Shown here piece by piece: positions 41,191 to 54,700 of a stretch of DNA of 64,000 nucleotides. The position numbers and the translations under genes are program-made. The notes under the pieces are model-generated. The model was not told where the DNA came from, did not search any database, and was given only the letters and a program-made list of their open reading frames with translations. Position 1 is the stretch's first letter; each line of letters opens with the position of its first letter. This DNA comes from Cenococcum geophilum. Its lineage: Eukaryota. Location: the NCBI GenBank assembly GCA_050273025.1, contig CP158635.1, forward strand, positions 31,310,001-31,374,000. The letters run 5' to 3'.

Positions 41191-44100
41191 TATTCACACG
41201 CTTGCGGAGAAGAGGATTAATTAATCTGATTGGTGGGTACGGGCTCAAAGGCATTAATTAAGAATGGGTATATTCGCAAGGCCATTTATAGGGGATTGCC
41301 CTGCCTTAACTAAACGTGATGCCTATAGACCCGTGCGTAAGCATATTGCTACAGTATCTATTTATAAAGCCTAAAATATATAACCAAAGAAAAAGGTATG
41401 GGTAGGAGGGAAAGCAAGTAAGTAAGGCTTAATTTTGTGAATGTTAATGATATTAGTGTTACTAAGATATAGGGGTGCTACTGTAGTGCTTGCTTAGCCA
41501 TATAGACATATCTATTTATTATTTACACGCTTGCGGAGAAGAGAATTAATTAATCTAATTAGTAGGTACGGGCTTAAAGGCATTAATTAAGAATAGGTAT
41601 ATTTACAAGGCTATTTATAGGGGATTGCCCTGCCTTAACTAAACGTAATACCTATAAACCTAGAAGCGTAGCGCCCGTACTATATAAGGTAGAGTAGGGG
41701 AAAGAAAAAATAAAAATAAAAATAAAAAAGGGGGGGAAAGGAGAGATTTAAGTTAATATATTAGAGTGCTAAAATAGGCACTCCTATACGCCGTTATGCC
41801 TAAATACCTTCGCCTATTATATCTAGGGCAAGTAATAATAAGAACGGTATTAGCGTTCTATATTAGAAGTTTATACTTAGCCGAAATAGGTCTTTTAGGG
41901 ATAATAAATAGTAAAGCTAGAACGCTTATAAGGACTACCGGCCTAGTTGCTATATTTAGCCGTCTATAAAACTATTATCTTAAGTATATTAAGTAGCACC
42001 TTTCTAAAACAAGTATCCGTTATAGAGCTTAGAGTGGAGGCTAAAAGCGGTAACTTTATACTTTAGTTTATTCCTAACCGCGTAGCTTATAAAGGCTAAT
42101 CTCTTAAAGTAAAAGAGAGGGGCGTTTTTAGGTTAGGGGTTATTTTTAAACAGGTGTTTTATAGCTTAAACTGCGTATTTAGGTTGCCTTAAAGCGGTAA
42201 TTATAATTAAGACTCCTTAGTAATTAACGTCCGTTTTACTACGCTTTAGATATAATGTTATATAATCCTCTACCAGCATTATATTATTTCTAGTACATTT
42301 TATAGTAAAAAAGGCGTAGCTATCTTTCTAAGCCTTAGTATAGGTAATCTCGCCTAAATAAAGGAATCCTATAAAGGCCGTAGTAACGGCAGCGTTAAAG
42401 TTAAGATCCTTAACGGATTGGGTATTTAGGGTAACTAATTAGGTAAGGATGTCTTTAGTAATTGGCAATCTTTCAGCTATAGTAAAGGGATTTATAGATA
42501 TTACACTATCTAGGATCCTCTTAATGATAGGATTATTAAAGATAGAGGTGTTATAATTAGCATTAATATAGTGGGATTAAATTGCGGAGACGTAGGCTCT
42601 AACTATAGTAGGCTTAATACGGCTTATTCCTGGACTAATATTACTAAAGATCCGTTAGGTAATCTATTCTCCTAGGTAGTAAAGGGGTGTTAGGTACTTT
42701 ACCGCTCCGTAAAAGTTATAGTAGCCCTCCTAACTCTTAATTACGGGATAGTATAAATCTCTTATTCTATTAAAGAGGTCGTACTATAATAGTTAGCCGA
42801 AGTATTCTAAGGGGGCTTTTACCTTAATCCAGAAATTAGGTAGGGGGTCTTTAAGAGGGACTAGATCTCCTATTTTAGCGTTAGATTAAATATAATAAAG
42901 AAGCGTATAGTAATAGTAAATTAAAAGTATCCTAATGCGGGTATAATAATAATACCCTATCGCAATTAAAATGAGATAGAGTATTAGCTAGCCCGTTTTC
43001 TATAAAGGAAACCTACTCCGTATAGAGCGTAATATTATAGGCTATGGCTAGTTAGAGGATCTTATAGAGCGGGTAATTACCTAGTCCTTTTACTACCGTA
43101 TTCTAAAATCCTAAGAGTGCTACTATATTATCTATATAGATATAAACTAAGCTATACTCCTACTGTGTTACCTAAAGCTAGAATAAGGTTATAATTACTT
43201 AGACCTCCTACTTATTAATTAGGGCAAGGCGGTGTTCTATATTAGGGTAGCAGCTTAAAGAATTATCTTAGGGTAGAGATACTAAATAGGGCGGCTATAT
43301 TATCCCTTAAGAATCCTTAAGGAAAAAAAAGGCCCTGTAACTAAGAATCCCGGATATATTTAAGAAGAGATAGAATTATTTTTAATCCATATTATTAAAG
43401 AAGAGGATACTATTTAAAAGGGTAAGAGCATCCCTCTACTATAATAAGTCTTGGCGAAGTTTAGCTATTAGCCGTTAGTAAGGATAACTACTTACCTTTA
43501 TAAAAGTAGAGATAAACTCCTAGATAGAGCGGTTATATAAACGCCTAAGCCTAATTACCTAGGCGCTCTAAGTGAGTCTACTAGCTAGTTTTTAACTCTG
43601 AACCAGTGTTAGGGATCTACTACTTAATACTTTATTAATCTCCTTAATTATAGTAGCCTATTTTAAAGGAGAAAGATACAGCTTAAACTTTAGAGTATTT
43701 ATAATATAACCTAGGACTTTAGCCATAGTGCCTTTAATATTCTTTAATTCGTTTTATAAGATACCTAATTTATTACTTAATTAGTTATATATACTAAGTA
43801 ATTAAGGGAGAATAGAAGCGTTAGAGAGTATAAAGATAAAGTTATCTAAATAGTGCTCTAAGGCGGCGTTTGGGATATATTAGATAAGTATCTAGTAAAA
43901 TCCCTCCATAAAAAGATTAAATAAAAAGAGTATAGTTTAAAGGCTAAATAAGAGGCAACGTTTAAAATACACTATACCCTTCTAGGAGAACCCTATAAGG
44001 TATTAAGCTTTAATAGAAAGTGGGATATTCTAAAAGGCGTCCTTAATATCCCTCTTAATAATTATACAACTATAGCCTATATATATAATGTATTAGAGAA

Positions 44101-45932
44101 CCTAATTAACTATTAAATATTATAGTGTAGCGAATGCTATAGGGATTAAGTCGTTAATAGATCGGCTAGATAGTAAGGATAAGTTATAAATATAGCGCTA
44201 TTCTTTATCTACTTTAGGTACTAAACCTAGCAGTAAGAATATAACGGGAGATATTACTATTATAATCCTACCTATATTTAAATCGGCGCTAATCTTCTCT
44301 AAGATTAGGACCGTATTTACGGCTATTAAGGCTTAGTTCTTTTAGGAGAGGAGCTTAATTTCTAGGTCTGCCCTAATTTAGTATCCGAACTTTAAGATAC
44401 TAATAATATTATATTAGAGGTTGCCGGGGTATAGGGATAGATAACGCCCCCACGCTTAAATAATTAAGGGGGAGGGAGAGTCCTGTAGAGGAAAGGAGGG
44501 TAGGAAGACTGGAAATAATAGTATAGTATTTAGCCTACCCGTACTATAAGGGTAGAGCATAGTTTTAGCGGAGTGTAGATATAGCTTAATAAAATCCTCT
44601 TCCTCTTCTTTCTTTTTCTTATTAATATTTTCCTCTAATAATTACTACTTATAATTCCTCGCAGCATGCGGGCTACTGTACTTACTATAGGTATATAGGA
44701 ACTTATAATCCTTGCCTAGGTTATACTTCCCTCTATTAAAGCTATAACAGGTCCTTAAGATATTAATGCTTACTTACGCGTGTTTTAAGATAAATGCGGA
44801 TTTATAAGTACTAGGATTATAATAGATATCTAGGAAGTTACTAGAGATCTTCTAGTTAGCTAGCTCTAACTAGTTTTTTTAAATAACTATAGAGTGGTGC
44901 TTTAAGGCCATAGTTATTAAGGGAGCAATTTAGTAGGTGGTAGATAGCTAGATAATTTAATTATAGAAGGTAAGTATTTAGGGAATAAGATCTACTAAAA
45001 GATTCTTATATATAACGATTAAAATTATTATATAGTTAAGGAAGCCCTCTACCTATACTTTAACGGATAGGTAGTCCTTTATTGTCCCTTCTTTTAGTCT
45101 TATAGAAAGGACGCTATTAATAATAAGGATATTATTTTAAGGCTTAGACTAGAGCTAGTATATCTAAAGGCAAGAGAGGTTATTAGGTAAGAAAATACCC
45201 TAAAATACCTTAAGTATCTCTTTATTTAGGACGCTAGGGAGGAGGATATTTAGGATATTAGCTATAAATGGGAGCAACTTACCTAGTTTATTAATTGGGG
45301 TTAAGGATAATACTGCTATAGCTAATCTCGCTATTACTATAGCGAGGCTTAATATATGGAGTTTAGTCGCCTAATCTTCCTATTCTTTTTAGATGTGTAG
45401 TATTTTAGTATAGTCCTTTTATTCCTAAAGGAGTCTTATTTTCTAGTTAGTTGCCTAGTCCTTAACCTCCTTTACCTAAGCTCTTCTAATCCTTAGGTCC
45501 TTCTTATATAGTTACTAGAGCCATTCTTTAGCTTTTTTAGCGGCTAAAGTCTCGCGTTAAGCTGTGGAGAAAGGCGCCATTATAGAGGATAGAGACTATA
45601 ATGCTGGCGTATCGCCTAAAGGTATAGGGGAAGGTAAGGGAAACTGGTAGGTAACCTCTAAGGAGTTTAGCTCGTCGAGTGTGTTGTTATTAGTTAAGTT
45701 TTTAAGGTTTTTACGAATAATTCGCGAAGGTTTAGACGAGCGTATAGGTTATTAAGTTATTAACAGCAATAATTAATTATTAGAAATTGAGTAAATAAGG
45801 TATTGGCTCTTAAATGAGACTAATATGGAAAGCAAGCAAGCAAGGCTCAATTTTGTGAATGTTGATGATATTGGTGTTGCTGAGATGCAGGGGTGCTGCT
45901 GCAGTGCTCGCTTAGCCACATAGACATGTCCA
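41191..45932 (-). mobile_element. Ngaro-type (DIRS order) tyrosine-recombinase retrotransposon, RIP-inactivated
   Basis: Split direct repeats: A1 45827-45932, B1 about 41516-41660, A2 about 41410-41514, B2 about 41191-41330. Minus-strand RT (KRDIKDAF, HYLDNFIF), RNase H (YLFLNISG = FSDASG) and YR (GYLF*KGA...LG..*...LY = HSFR..W..Y). Confidence 0.88.
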
Positions 45933-46103
45933 TTAATCGCAAGAGTTGTATTTCATAAACAAAAGAGAAATAGATAAACGCAAAATATTTTCATGCTGCA
46001 ATTTGCACATTCTACATTCCTACTCTATTTTGTAGCTAGGAAGCTTATTAAAGCCTTTAGAGTCCGCGAGTGCGGACAAAAGAGTGGCTGGTCAGTTTGT
46101 ACG

Positions 46104-47354
46104 TTAGTTGCAAACAGTGTGAGAGCCACGAGTTTTGAAGACCGCCCTGAAGAAATCGCAAAGTCTTGCGAATGCCTCATCGGTGATCTGATAGTGGACG
46201 ACAATCCGTCCCAAAATCGGTTCCCCCACCTTTAAGTCGAATTTTCTCGCCACGGGATAGAATTCATCAGGCGTTAAGCCTGACGCTTCGAGGTCGAACC
46301 AGATCATGTTTGTTTCTGTGGGTAATTGAAGCTTTCCGCCAAGTTGCTCCCAGAGTGTGGATGCACGTTTCGCTTTCTCTTGTGCGGCCTTTAACTTCCC
46401 ACCAAGGAAAACGTCGTTGATGGCTGCTCGTGCGGGTGCGGCGATCACCCCAGAAGCGCGTGTGCTACCGCCGAGAAGCTTGCGACTCCATTTTGCTCGC
46501 TTGATGAAGACGGAGCTCCCAGTTATTATGCTACCAATTGGCGCGCCGAGACCCTTCGTGAAACAAAGCTGGATGCTGTCAAAGCATTCGCCAATCTCTC
46601 GGAGGGTGCAGGATCCGGCGGCAACCGCTTCCCAGAGGCGAGCCCCATCCAGATGCATGTGGATTGGGGGGTTCTGAGCATGCGCCCACTGGGAGATGGC
46701 GCGAATGTCGGAGAGGGGCATGAGAGTACCCCAAAGTGTGTTCTCCAAGGAGATAACCCGGGTTGGGCAGTCATAGATACTTTCTGTAATGGTGGCATGT
46801 TTCTTAACATCATCCAGAGTAAGGTGGTGGCCGTTAGACGGAACGACCATCCTGATCAAGGCACCGCAAAGGCTGGACGCGCCACCACCTTCAAGGATAG
46901 TTATGTGCGCACGATGGTCGGCGAGGATTGAGTGAGGCGGGGCCATGAGAGCGGATCGGAGAGCCACTTGATTACCCATAGTACCTGAGACGACAAGAAG
47001 AGAGGCTTCATGGCCTACCAAGCCAGCAACGAAGGTTTGTAAGGAATTTGTCGTCTGGTCTTCATCCATGTCACCATCTCCAAGGGACGTAGCGATGATG
47101 GCTTCTAGCATTGGCAGCGTAGGCTTGGTGAAAAAATCTGATCGGAAGTCGTTCGAGGATTCATTGCTATGTGACCATGCCAGACCGGAAAAGCCTTGCA
47201 CTTCTTGATGGGCATCGGTTTTCTTGAAGTCATGTCGACTGATCTCAGGCTTGAAGTGGATAGACGCTGAGTGATGATTGAAGTGCTGAGGCTTCTCTGA
47301 GCTAACAGACTGCACATCTATTGGAAATCTTTGGATACTGGCTGCCTCGTCCAT
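46104..47354 (-). CDS. Low-specificity L-threonine aldolase (PLP-dependent, GLY1-like)
   Basis: Intact intronless ORF with DFRSD, SGTMGN, LENT, HLDGARLW and CFTKGLGAP (PLP lysine). First ATG is at 47354. Confidence 0.93.
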   Translation of the reverse strand: MDEAASIQRFPIDVQSVSSEKPQHFNHHSASIHFKPEISRHDFKKTDAHQEVQGFSGLAWSHSNESSNDFRSDFFTKPTLPMLEAIIATSLGDGDMDEDQTTNSLQTFVAGLVGHEASLLVVSGTMGNQVALRSALMAPPHSILADHRAHITILEGGGASSLCGALIRMVVPSNGHHLTLDDVKKHATITESIYDCPTRVISLENTLWGTLMPLSDIRAISQWAHAQNPPIHMHLDGARLWEAVAAGSCTLREIGECFDSIQLCFTKGLGAPIGSIITGSSVFIKRAKWSRKLLGGSTRASGVIAAPARAAINDVFLGGKLKAAQEKAKRASTLWEQLGGKLQLPTETNMIWFDLEASGLTPDEFYPVARKFDLKVGEPILGRIVVHYQITDEAFARLCDFFRAVFKTRGSHTVCN

Positions 47355-48083
47355 AATGAGCTGTATGTTGGCTGTTACTAGATCTATCGTGGGATAAAAT
47401 ATATACACAATGTACTATCTGCAAGGCTAGAGGAGTAGATAGCAAAGGTACAGGTTATAACAGTCGCAATGACTAGAATAGAGGTAGGATATCTGTTAAG
47501 CCTAATTAAAAAAAAGCAGGATTGTATACAGATATATAAAACAAGTGCTGAGCATCTAAAAAGTAGATAATATAATATGTTATATTCTTAACAATACTGG
47601 CGAAAGAATATAAGAAAAATCCCTACACTATAGTAACAAGGCAAAATATACAAATCAAATAAAATTTTTACTAAGTTGTTATATTATGCCTAGCTTTCTT
47701 ACATAAGCAGCTAATATCTAGGCTGCAGTGCTAGCAAGAGTCTAACATACCATGCCTATGCCCTGTAGAAAGAGCACTAACAATTAGCCGCAGCTACATT
47801 CAAGTCCGGCGCTCCGGCTGCTCTATGCGTAGCCACGCACGGATCGGATCATACTGCTAAGTTAGAGGCACAGAAATCTCACCTAGGCCATCGGAGTGAG
47901 ACTAGCATTGACGATTAGCCGTAGCACATGCAGGCCCAGCACTCCGGCTGCTCTATGCGTAGGCACGCACAGATCAGATCATACTACTAAGTTGAAAGCA
48001 TGGAAATTTCACCTAGGCCATCAGAGTGGGACTCGCACTGACGATCAGCCGCAGCACATGCAGATCTAGCGCTCCGGCTGCTC

Positions 48084-48237
48084 TATCCCTTCCGCTGGTG
48101 TATTTCGTCCTACTATTATCGATAAGAGAATCAATAGGATCAATGCTACGTGACCATACGCGTATGGTCACGTAGCATTGATCCTATTGATTCTCTTATC
48201 GATAATAGTAGGACGAAATACACCAGCGGAAGGGATA
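48084..48237. mobile_element. 154-bp perfect palindrome (foldback/MITE-like insertion)
   Basis: No spacer; centre at 48160/48161 (CCATACG|CGTATGG). It is absent from the sister repeat units. Confidence 0.85.
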
Positions 48238-48295
48238 CATAGGCATGCACGGATCAGATCATACTGCTGAGTCGGAGGCATGGAAATCTCACCTA

Positions 48296-48559
48296 CAGTC
48301 TGTAAGACCTCCAGTGTCACCCCCTTGTGTGCGCGCGCAACACACGGTAATTTCGCTTTGTACGCACCAGAGAATTTCAGTTTAACTCTTCTAATTAAGC
48401 TTAAAAAATTAAAGGCTTTACCTTTCTTACCGGTGCACGGCCCTTTTAGCAAGCGCATAGTATCTACGCTGGATGGTGCACTTGTCTAGTGATTACCGAA
48501 ATTGCTGTGTTGCGCGCGCACACAGGGGGGGGGGGGAACACTGGAGGTCTTACAGACTG
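48296..48559. mobile_element. Tc1/mariner-type MITE
   Basis: CAGTCTGTAAGACCTCCAGTGT... TIRs of about 60 bp with a TA TSD. Removing it restores CTCACCTAGGCCATCGG of the repeat unit. Confidence 0.9.
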
Positions 48560-48783
48560 TAGGCCATCGGAGTGGGACGAGAACTGGGGATCAGCCGTAG
48601 CACATCCAGACCTGGGCCCCGGCCACCGCTCTGTGCATAGGCATACGTATCGTGTCATGCTGTCGAGCCGGAGGCATGGGACTCTCAACTAGCCATGAGC
48701 GACAATAGGCGAGGTATATTTAAGCAGCTTCTTATCAACTTTATATAGCATAAGTAAACCACAACCTTTGACTTAGAGGAAAG

Positions 48784-51700
48784 ATGAGCACTATTTCGGC
48801 TGCAGACCACCAGACGGCGATCAGGCAATTCAATGCCACCGACGACACCACGAAGTTGGGACACTGTCTACACCACCTTCTTCAGAACGTCACGGACAGC
48901 TACTCAGAAAAGACTGCCCTAATATGTGGTGACAGGGAACTAACCTACCATGGTCTCAATACGCGCGCGAATTGTTTTGCCCGCGTCTTGGAGGAACGAG
49001 GCATCGGGTGTGGCGACCTCGTCGGCGTTGCCTTGGACCGCTCTGTTGACCTCGTTGTGGTGCTGCTGGCCGTGTTGAAGACGGGTGCCGCGTTTGTGCC
49101 CATCGACCCGGCCTTCCCTGCAGATCGCATTGGGCACATGATAAACGATGCCGGACCGAAGCTCGTCATTGTCGGAGCCAGCACGCAAGATGCGTTGCCA
49201 TTCTGGGAAGGCGCGTGTTTGAACATGGACGAGGCTCGAAATAACACGGCGAACTCGGACGTCGAGGAAAGAAACCTTGAAGCGAACGTGCGGGCAGAGG
49301 ACCTCGCATACGTAATTTACACATCCGGCTCAACTGGAAAGCCTAAGGGGGTGGAGATTAGCCACGGGGCCTTGTGTAACCTGCTGTACTCGATGCAGCG
49401 GGAGCCAGGATGCAGCGAAACAGACCGGCTGCTTGCTGTAACGACCATCTCTTTCGACATTGCATTATTGGAGCTGTTCCTGCCGCTGCTCTGCGGCGCG
49501 ACGACGGTCGTGGCCCAGACACACAACATCAGGGACCCGACCGCGCTGCTCGGGCTAATTCGGCACCATGGCATCACCATGATGCAGGGCACACCCGCGA
49601 CCTGGCAGATGCTACTGGAAGCGGGCTGGCAAGAGGATCTCCGCCTCTCCAAAATCCTATGCGGCGGCGACGCGCTGCCCCAGCGGCTGGCCGAACGACT
49701 ACTCCCCTACGCGGAGTCAGTGTGGAATATGTACGGTCCGACCGAGGCGACGGTGTGGGCAAGCGTCTGGAAGGTGCGCCAGGGCCAAGAGGTGGTCATT
49801 GGCAGGCCCATTGCCAACTACAGACTCTATGTGCTCGGTGAGGACCTTTCGCCAGTGCCACCAGGGAGCGATGGCGAGCTGTATATAGGCGGCGCCGGCC
49901 TGGCCAGGGGCTACCACAACAAGCCCGAGATCACTCGGTCGCGATTCCTCGACGATCCCTTCCATAAGGGCCTCCTGTACCGCACGGGCGACATTGCTCG
50001 TTTCGAGGATGCAGAGAGGCTGAGTGTGTTGGGTCGCGCGGACGGGCAGGTCAAGATCCGTGGTCACAGGGTCGAGTTGGGCGACATTGAGGCCGCCATC
50101 ACCGACCATAGCGACATGTCGGAGGCAGTCGCGATTAGCAGGGATGACAGGCTTGTTGCGTACTGCGTGCGGGATGCGAGCATACCTGTTCCCGCAGAGG
50201 CGCTCAAGCCAACGCTCGGGAGTGTGCTGCGTCCATGGCTGGCCGAGCGGCTGCCGGCGTATATGATGCCGGCATTCTTCGTCGAGATGGCAACCTTTCC
50301 CATGACACTTAATAATAAGATCGACCGCAAGGCGCTCCCGGATCCGACCGAGGCAGAGTTACCTGTCACGGGCCGGCCGATGACCGAGATGGAGTGCAGC
50401 ATCCAGCTTATCTGGTCGAGCGTCCTGGGCCACAACCGCATCGGCATCCATGACAATTTCTTTGAGATCGGCGGCGACTCTGTGCGCGTGGTTCGAGTGC
50501 AAAAGGAGGCGGAGAAGCTCCTGGGTCGGCCTTTGTCCGCAGCTCGGCTGTTTGAGCACTATACCGTCAAGACACTGGCGGCATACCTGGACGGGGCGGA
50601 GAAGACCAAGGCCGAATGTGTGCTCCCGCGACCTCGTGTGCAAGACAACGAGGGCATTGCCGTCGTCTCCATGGCGTGCCGGCTCCCCGGCGACGTAACC
50701 ACGCCGGAAGAGTACTGGGAGCTGCTCAAGCGCGGCGCCGACGTCACCAGCGACGTGCCAGAGGACCGCTGGGACGCGAAAAGCCTCTACGACAACGACC
50801 CAGACGCCAAGGGAAGGTCGTACTGCCGACGGGGCGGGTTCCTCAGCTCGGTCGATGACTTCGACGCGTCCTTCTTCGGCATCTCGCCAAGAGAGGCACG
50901 TGCCATGGACCCGGCCCAGCGCGTTCTCTTAGAGACGTGCTGGGAGGGATTCGAGCGCGCGGGCTACACAGGCGAGCAGCTGCGCGGCAGCCAGACGGGC
51001 GTCTACATAGGCGTGTGCAACATCTCAGCACACTCGTGCGCGCCAGCGCTAGCGGATCTCGACGGGTACGCAGTGACAGGCTCCGCTGGAGGCACTATGT
51101 CCGGGCGTGTCTCGTACGCGCTGGGCCTCGAGGGCCCGACTCTGACAGTGGACACTGCGTGCTCGTCATCGCTGGTGACGACACACCTGGCGTGCAACGC
51201 GCTCCGTCAGGGCGAGTGTGACATGGCCGTGTCTGGCGGCGTGACGCTCCTGCTCACCCCAGGCATGCACGTCGAGTTCAGCCGGCTCCGGGGCATGTCG
51301 GTGGACGGGCGGTGCCGGGCGTTTGCGGCCGACACGCAGGGCACAGGCTGGGCTGAGGGCTGCACAGCGGTGGTGCTGAAGCGGCTGAGCGACGCCGTCC
51401 GCGACGGCGACGCGGTGCATGCGGTGCTGCGCGGGACCGCTGTGAACCACGGGGGAAGGAGCGCCGCGGGACTCACGGTGCCGAGTGGGCCAGCACAGCA
51501 GCGGCTGGTGCGCACGGCGCTGGCGCTGTCGGGGCTGACGCCGGGCGATATCGACTACATCGAAGCACACGGCACAGGAACGAAGCTGGGCGATCCGATT
51601 GAGGGTGTGGCACTGGCGGGCGTCTTCGGTGGAAGCCGGCCCGTCGCGGGAGGGCCGCTGTGGGTTGGCTCGGCGAAGTCGAACCTTGGACATACACAGG

Positions 51701-54700
51701 CGGCGGCCGGCCTGGCGGGGATGCTTAAAGTCATCCTGGCGATGAAAAACAATAAGATTCCCCGGACGTTGCATGCGGAAACGCCTACGTCGGCCGTCGA
51801 CTGGCACAGCGCCCATATGGCGCTCGTGCAGGAGAGCCAGCCCTGGTTGTCGACAGTCGGCCGGCCGCGACGGGCAGGCATCAGCGCATTTGGCATTGGC
51901 GGGACCAACGCGCATGCCATCGTGGAGGAGCCCTTGTTACCGAGTGTGGATTCCACGCCGCTGTCGACCCTATTGCCGCCCGAGATTCCATTTCTCCTGT
52001 CCGGCCATAGCGATGCTGCCCTGTGCCAACAGGCTGAAAAGCTTCAACGGTACATCAAGAGCACGAGCAGCCCTGGACAAGATCGTCTCGGCGAGGTGGC
52101 CTACTCGCTGGCGACCACCCGCAGCCACTTCCGACGGCGACTCGTGGTTATGGCCAAGGACAAGGCTGCGCTTTTGGAGGGACTGGGCTCAGTTTCAAGC
52201 GCACTGCCGGCCACTAACCATGTCGTGCAGCCACGCCTGGCCATGCTGTTTACCGGCCAGGGCAGTCAAGTCGCGGGTATGGGGAAGGACCTCTACGAAG
52301 TCTACCCAGTGTTCCGCGACACATTGGACGAGATAACGTCCTACTTCACCGAACTAGAGACCCCGCTGATACATGTAATGCAGGCAGCTTCCGGTGGCAA
52401 CACCGCCGCGCTGCTGCAGCGCACCGACTTCGCACAGCCCGCGCTCTTCGCCTTGGAGGTAGCCCTGTGGCGTCTCTGGAAGAGCTGGGGCGTGCAACTA
52501 GATCTGGCGCTCGGCCATAGTGTGGGTGAGCTCGCTGCCGCACACGTGACCGGCGTCCTGGACCTCGCCGATGCCTGTCGTCTCGTCGCAGCACGGGGGC
52601 GACTGATGCAGGCCGTTTCTAGTCGTGGCAGTATGATTTCGCTGGAAGCTGGCGCAGAGGAGGTGACCAGGGCGATTCAGGTACTCGGCCTCGTCAGCAA
52701 GGTCGACATCGCGGGCCACAACACACCGACGCAGACGGTCGCATCCGGCGATTCTGATGCGATCGAGGCCGTGGCGGTCCATTTCACTGCGCAGGGCCGC
52801 AAGATGAAGTTACTCGACGTGTCGCACGCCTTCCACTCGCACCATATGGACAACATGCTGGCAGCTTTCCAAGCGGTGGCTGAGACGGTGCGATTTCACC
52901 CACCAAGATTGCCCATGGTCAGCAGCCTGACCGGCAAGCTGGCTGCAACGGGCGAGCTCGAAAGAGCCGACTATTGGGTCCGCCAGGCACGCGGGACTGT
53001 TCGCTTTGCCGATGGCATTCAGACACTCTACCAACAGGGCGTCAGCGTCTTCCTCGAGCTAGGCCCGCAGCCTGTGTTGGCCGGCATGGGCGCGGCGTGC
53101 CTCGCCGCCGACGAATCGCTTGCCTGGATGCCGTCACTCGTTCCTGGCAGGCACGGCGCGTTGGTGGTGCAGCGCAGCCTCACAGATTTGCATGTGCGGC
53201 ACGTGCCCATCAACTGGACGAGTTTCTTTGAACCTTTCGGCTGCGAACGCGTGGAGCTACCGACGTATGCCTTCCAGAGGGAGCGCTTCCCACCCGCGCG
53301 AGACATGGACGCGAACACTCCCAATGTCAATGGCGTTGGCCACGCACAACAGCAGCACCCAGCCCAAGCCAACGTGGACCGCTTCCACCTCGAGATCAGC
53401 TGGCAGGAGGCCAACACCGGCGACGTCGCCCCGGGCGGCTTGTGGGGTCTGTTGTGCCCCACCGGGAATGTGGCTGGGACATGGGCTTGCGCGGTGAAGA
53501 CGACTTTGGCACGGGCTGGCATTGAGGTGCGCGAGGTTGGAAGTCTTCAAGAGGCTGGGGAGCTTCACGGTTTGCTGTGTCTGTGGGACTCGGACGTTGA
53601 CGACGTCGCAGGCCTGGCGCGTGACTTGGCCGCAAAAGCGCTGACGCAGCTGCAAACGGCAGCACAGACTCAGTTTGCGCCGCCGCTGGTGTGGGTCACC
53701 CGCTGTGCAGTGGGTGCCAGCGGGGGCGACGACCTGGTAACGGGGCTCGGGGCCGGGCCGCTGTGGGGCCTGATGCGCACCGCCCGAAGTGAACACCCAG
53801 AACTGCGCCTGCGGTTGATAGATATAGATACAGAGACGACTGCACCTAATGCCCTCGCCCCAGCGTTAATGTTGGCAGCTGAGCCAGAATGCGCTGTGCG
53901 CCAGGAGCTGGTGCTGGTGCCGCGGATGCAGCGCGTCGGCCCGGTCCCGCAGCCGGCGCAGCAGCCACTCCTGCGGTGGGATGGTGCGGTGCTCATCACA
54001 GGCGGGCTCGGCGATCTTGGTCAGCGCGTCGCCCGCTGGCTGGCGAGTGCACACAGCATTCGCGACCTGGTGCTGACCTCGCGCCGCGGTATGGCATCCC
54101 CCGGTGCGGCCGAATTGGTAGCTGCACTCGCTGGGCTCGGCGCCAAGGCCACCATCATAGCCTGCAATATGGCAGACTTCGACAGTGTGAAAGCAATCAT
54201 GGCAGCCTTCAACAAGGACCGGCCGCTGCGCGGCGTGGTTCATGCAGCTGGTGCGCAGGACAACGGCGTCCTTACCGCCTTGACCCCGCAGCGATGCGTC
54301 ACGGCCTTCGCGCCCAAGGTGGACGGTGCCTGGCATCTGCACCAGCTGACTCGCGACATGGACATGGACATGTTTGTCATGTTTTCTTCCATCTCCGGCA
54401 TCATGGGCATGCCGGGTCATGGCAACTACGCTGCTGCCAACACGTTTCTCGATGCGCTCGCGCACCTGCGCCATGCCCAGGGCCTGCCCGCCACCTCGCT
54501 GGCATACGGCACCTGGAAGGGCGAGGGCATGGCGGCCAGGATCGTCGGAACGACCCTTGCCCGCCTCACTCACCTCGGCCTCGACATGCTCTCGCCGGAG
54601 GAGGGCCTGCAGCTGTTCGAGACGGCCGTGCGCAGCGGTCGTGCCCTCACCGTGGCCGCAGCTTTGGATCCCGAACGCCTCCAGAGCTACTATGAGGAGC

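Larger units (their letters stand above)
47786..48700. repeat. About 130-bp tandem repeat (4 copies) in the divergent aldolase/NRPS-PKS intergenic region
   Basis: Units start AGCCG(C/T)AG at 47786, 47917, 48047 and 48593. The third unit is split by two insertions. Confidence 0.85.

Noticed and set aside
47355..47408. N-terminal extension of the aldolase ORF in the track
   Set aside because: It relies on a non-ATG start; the first ATG is at 47354.
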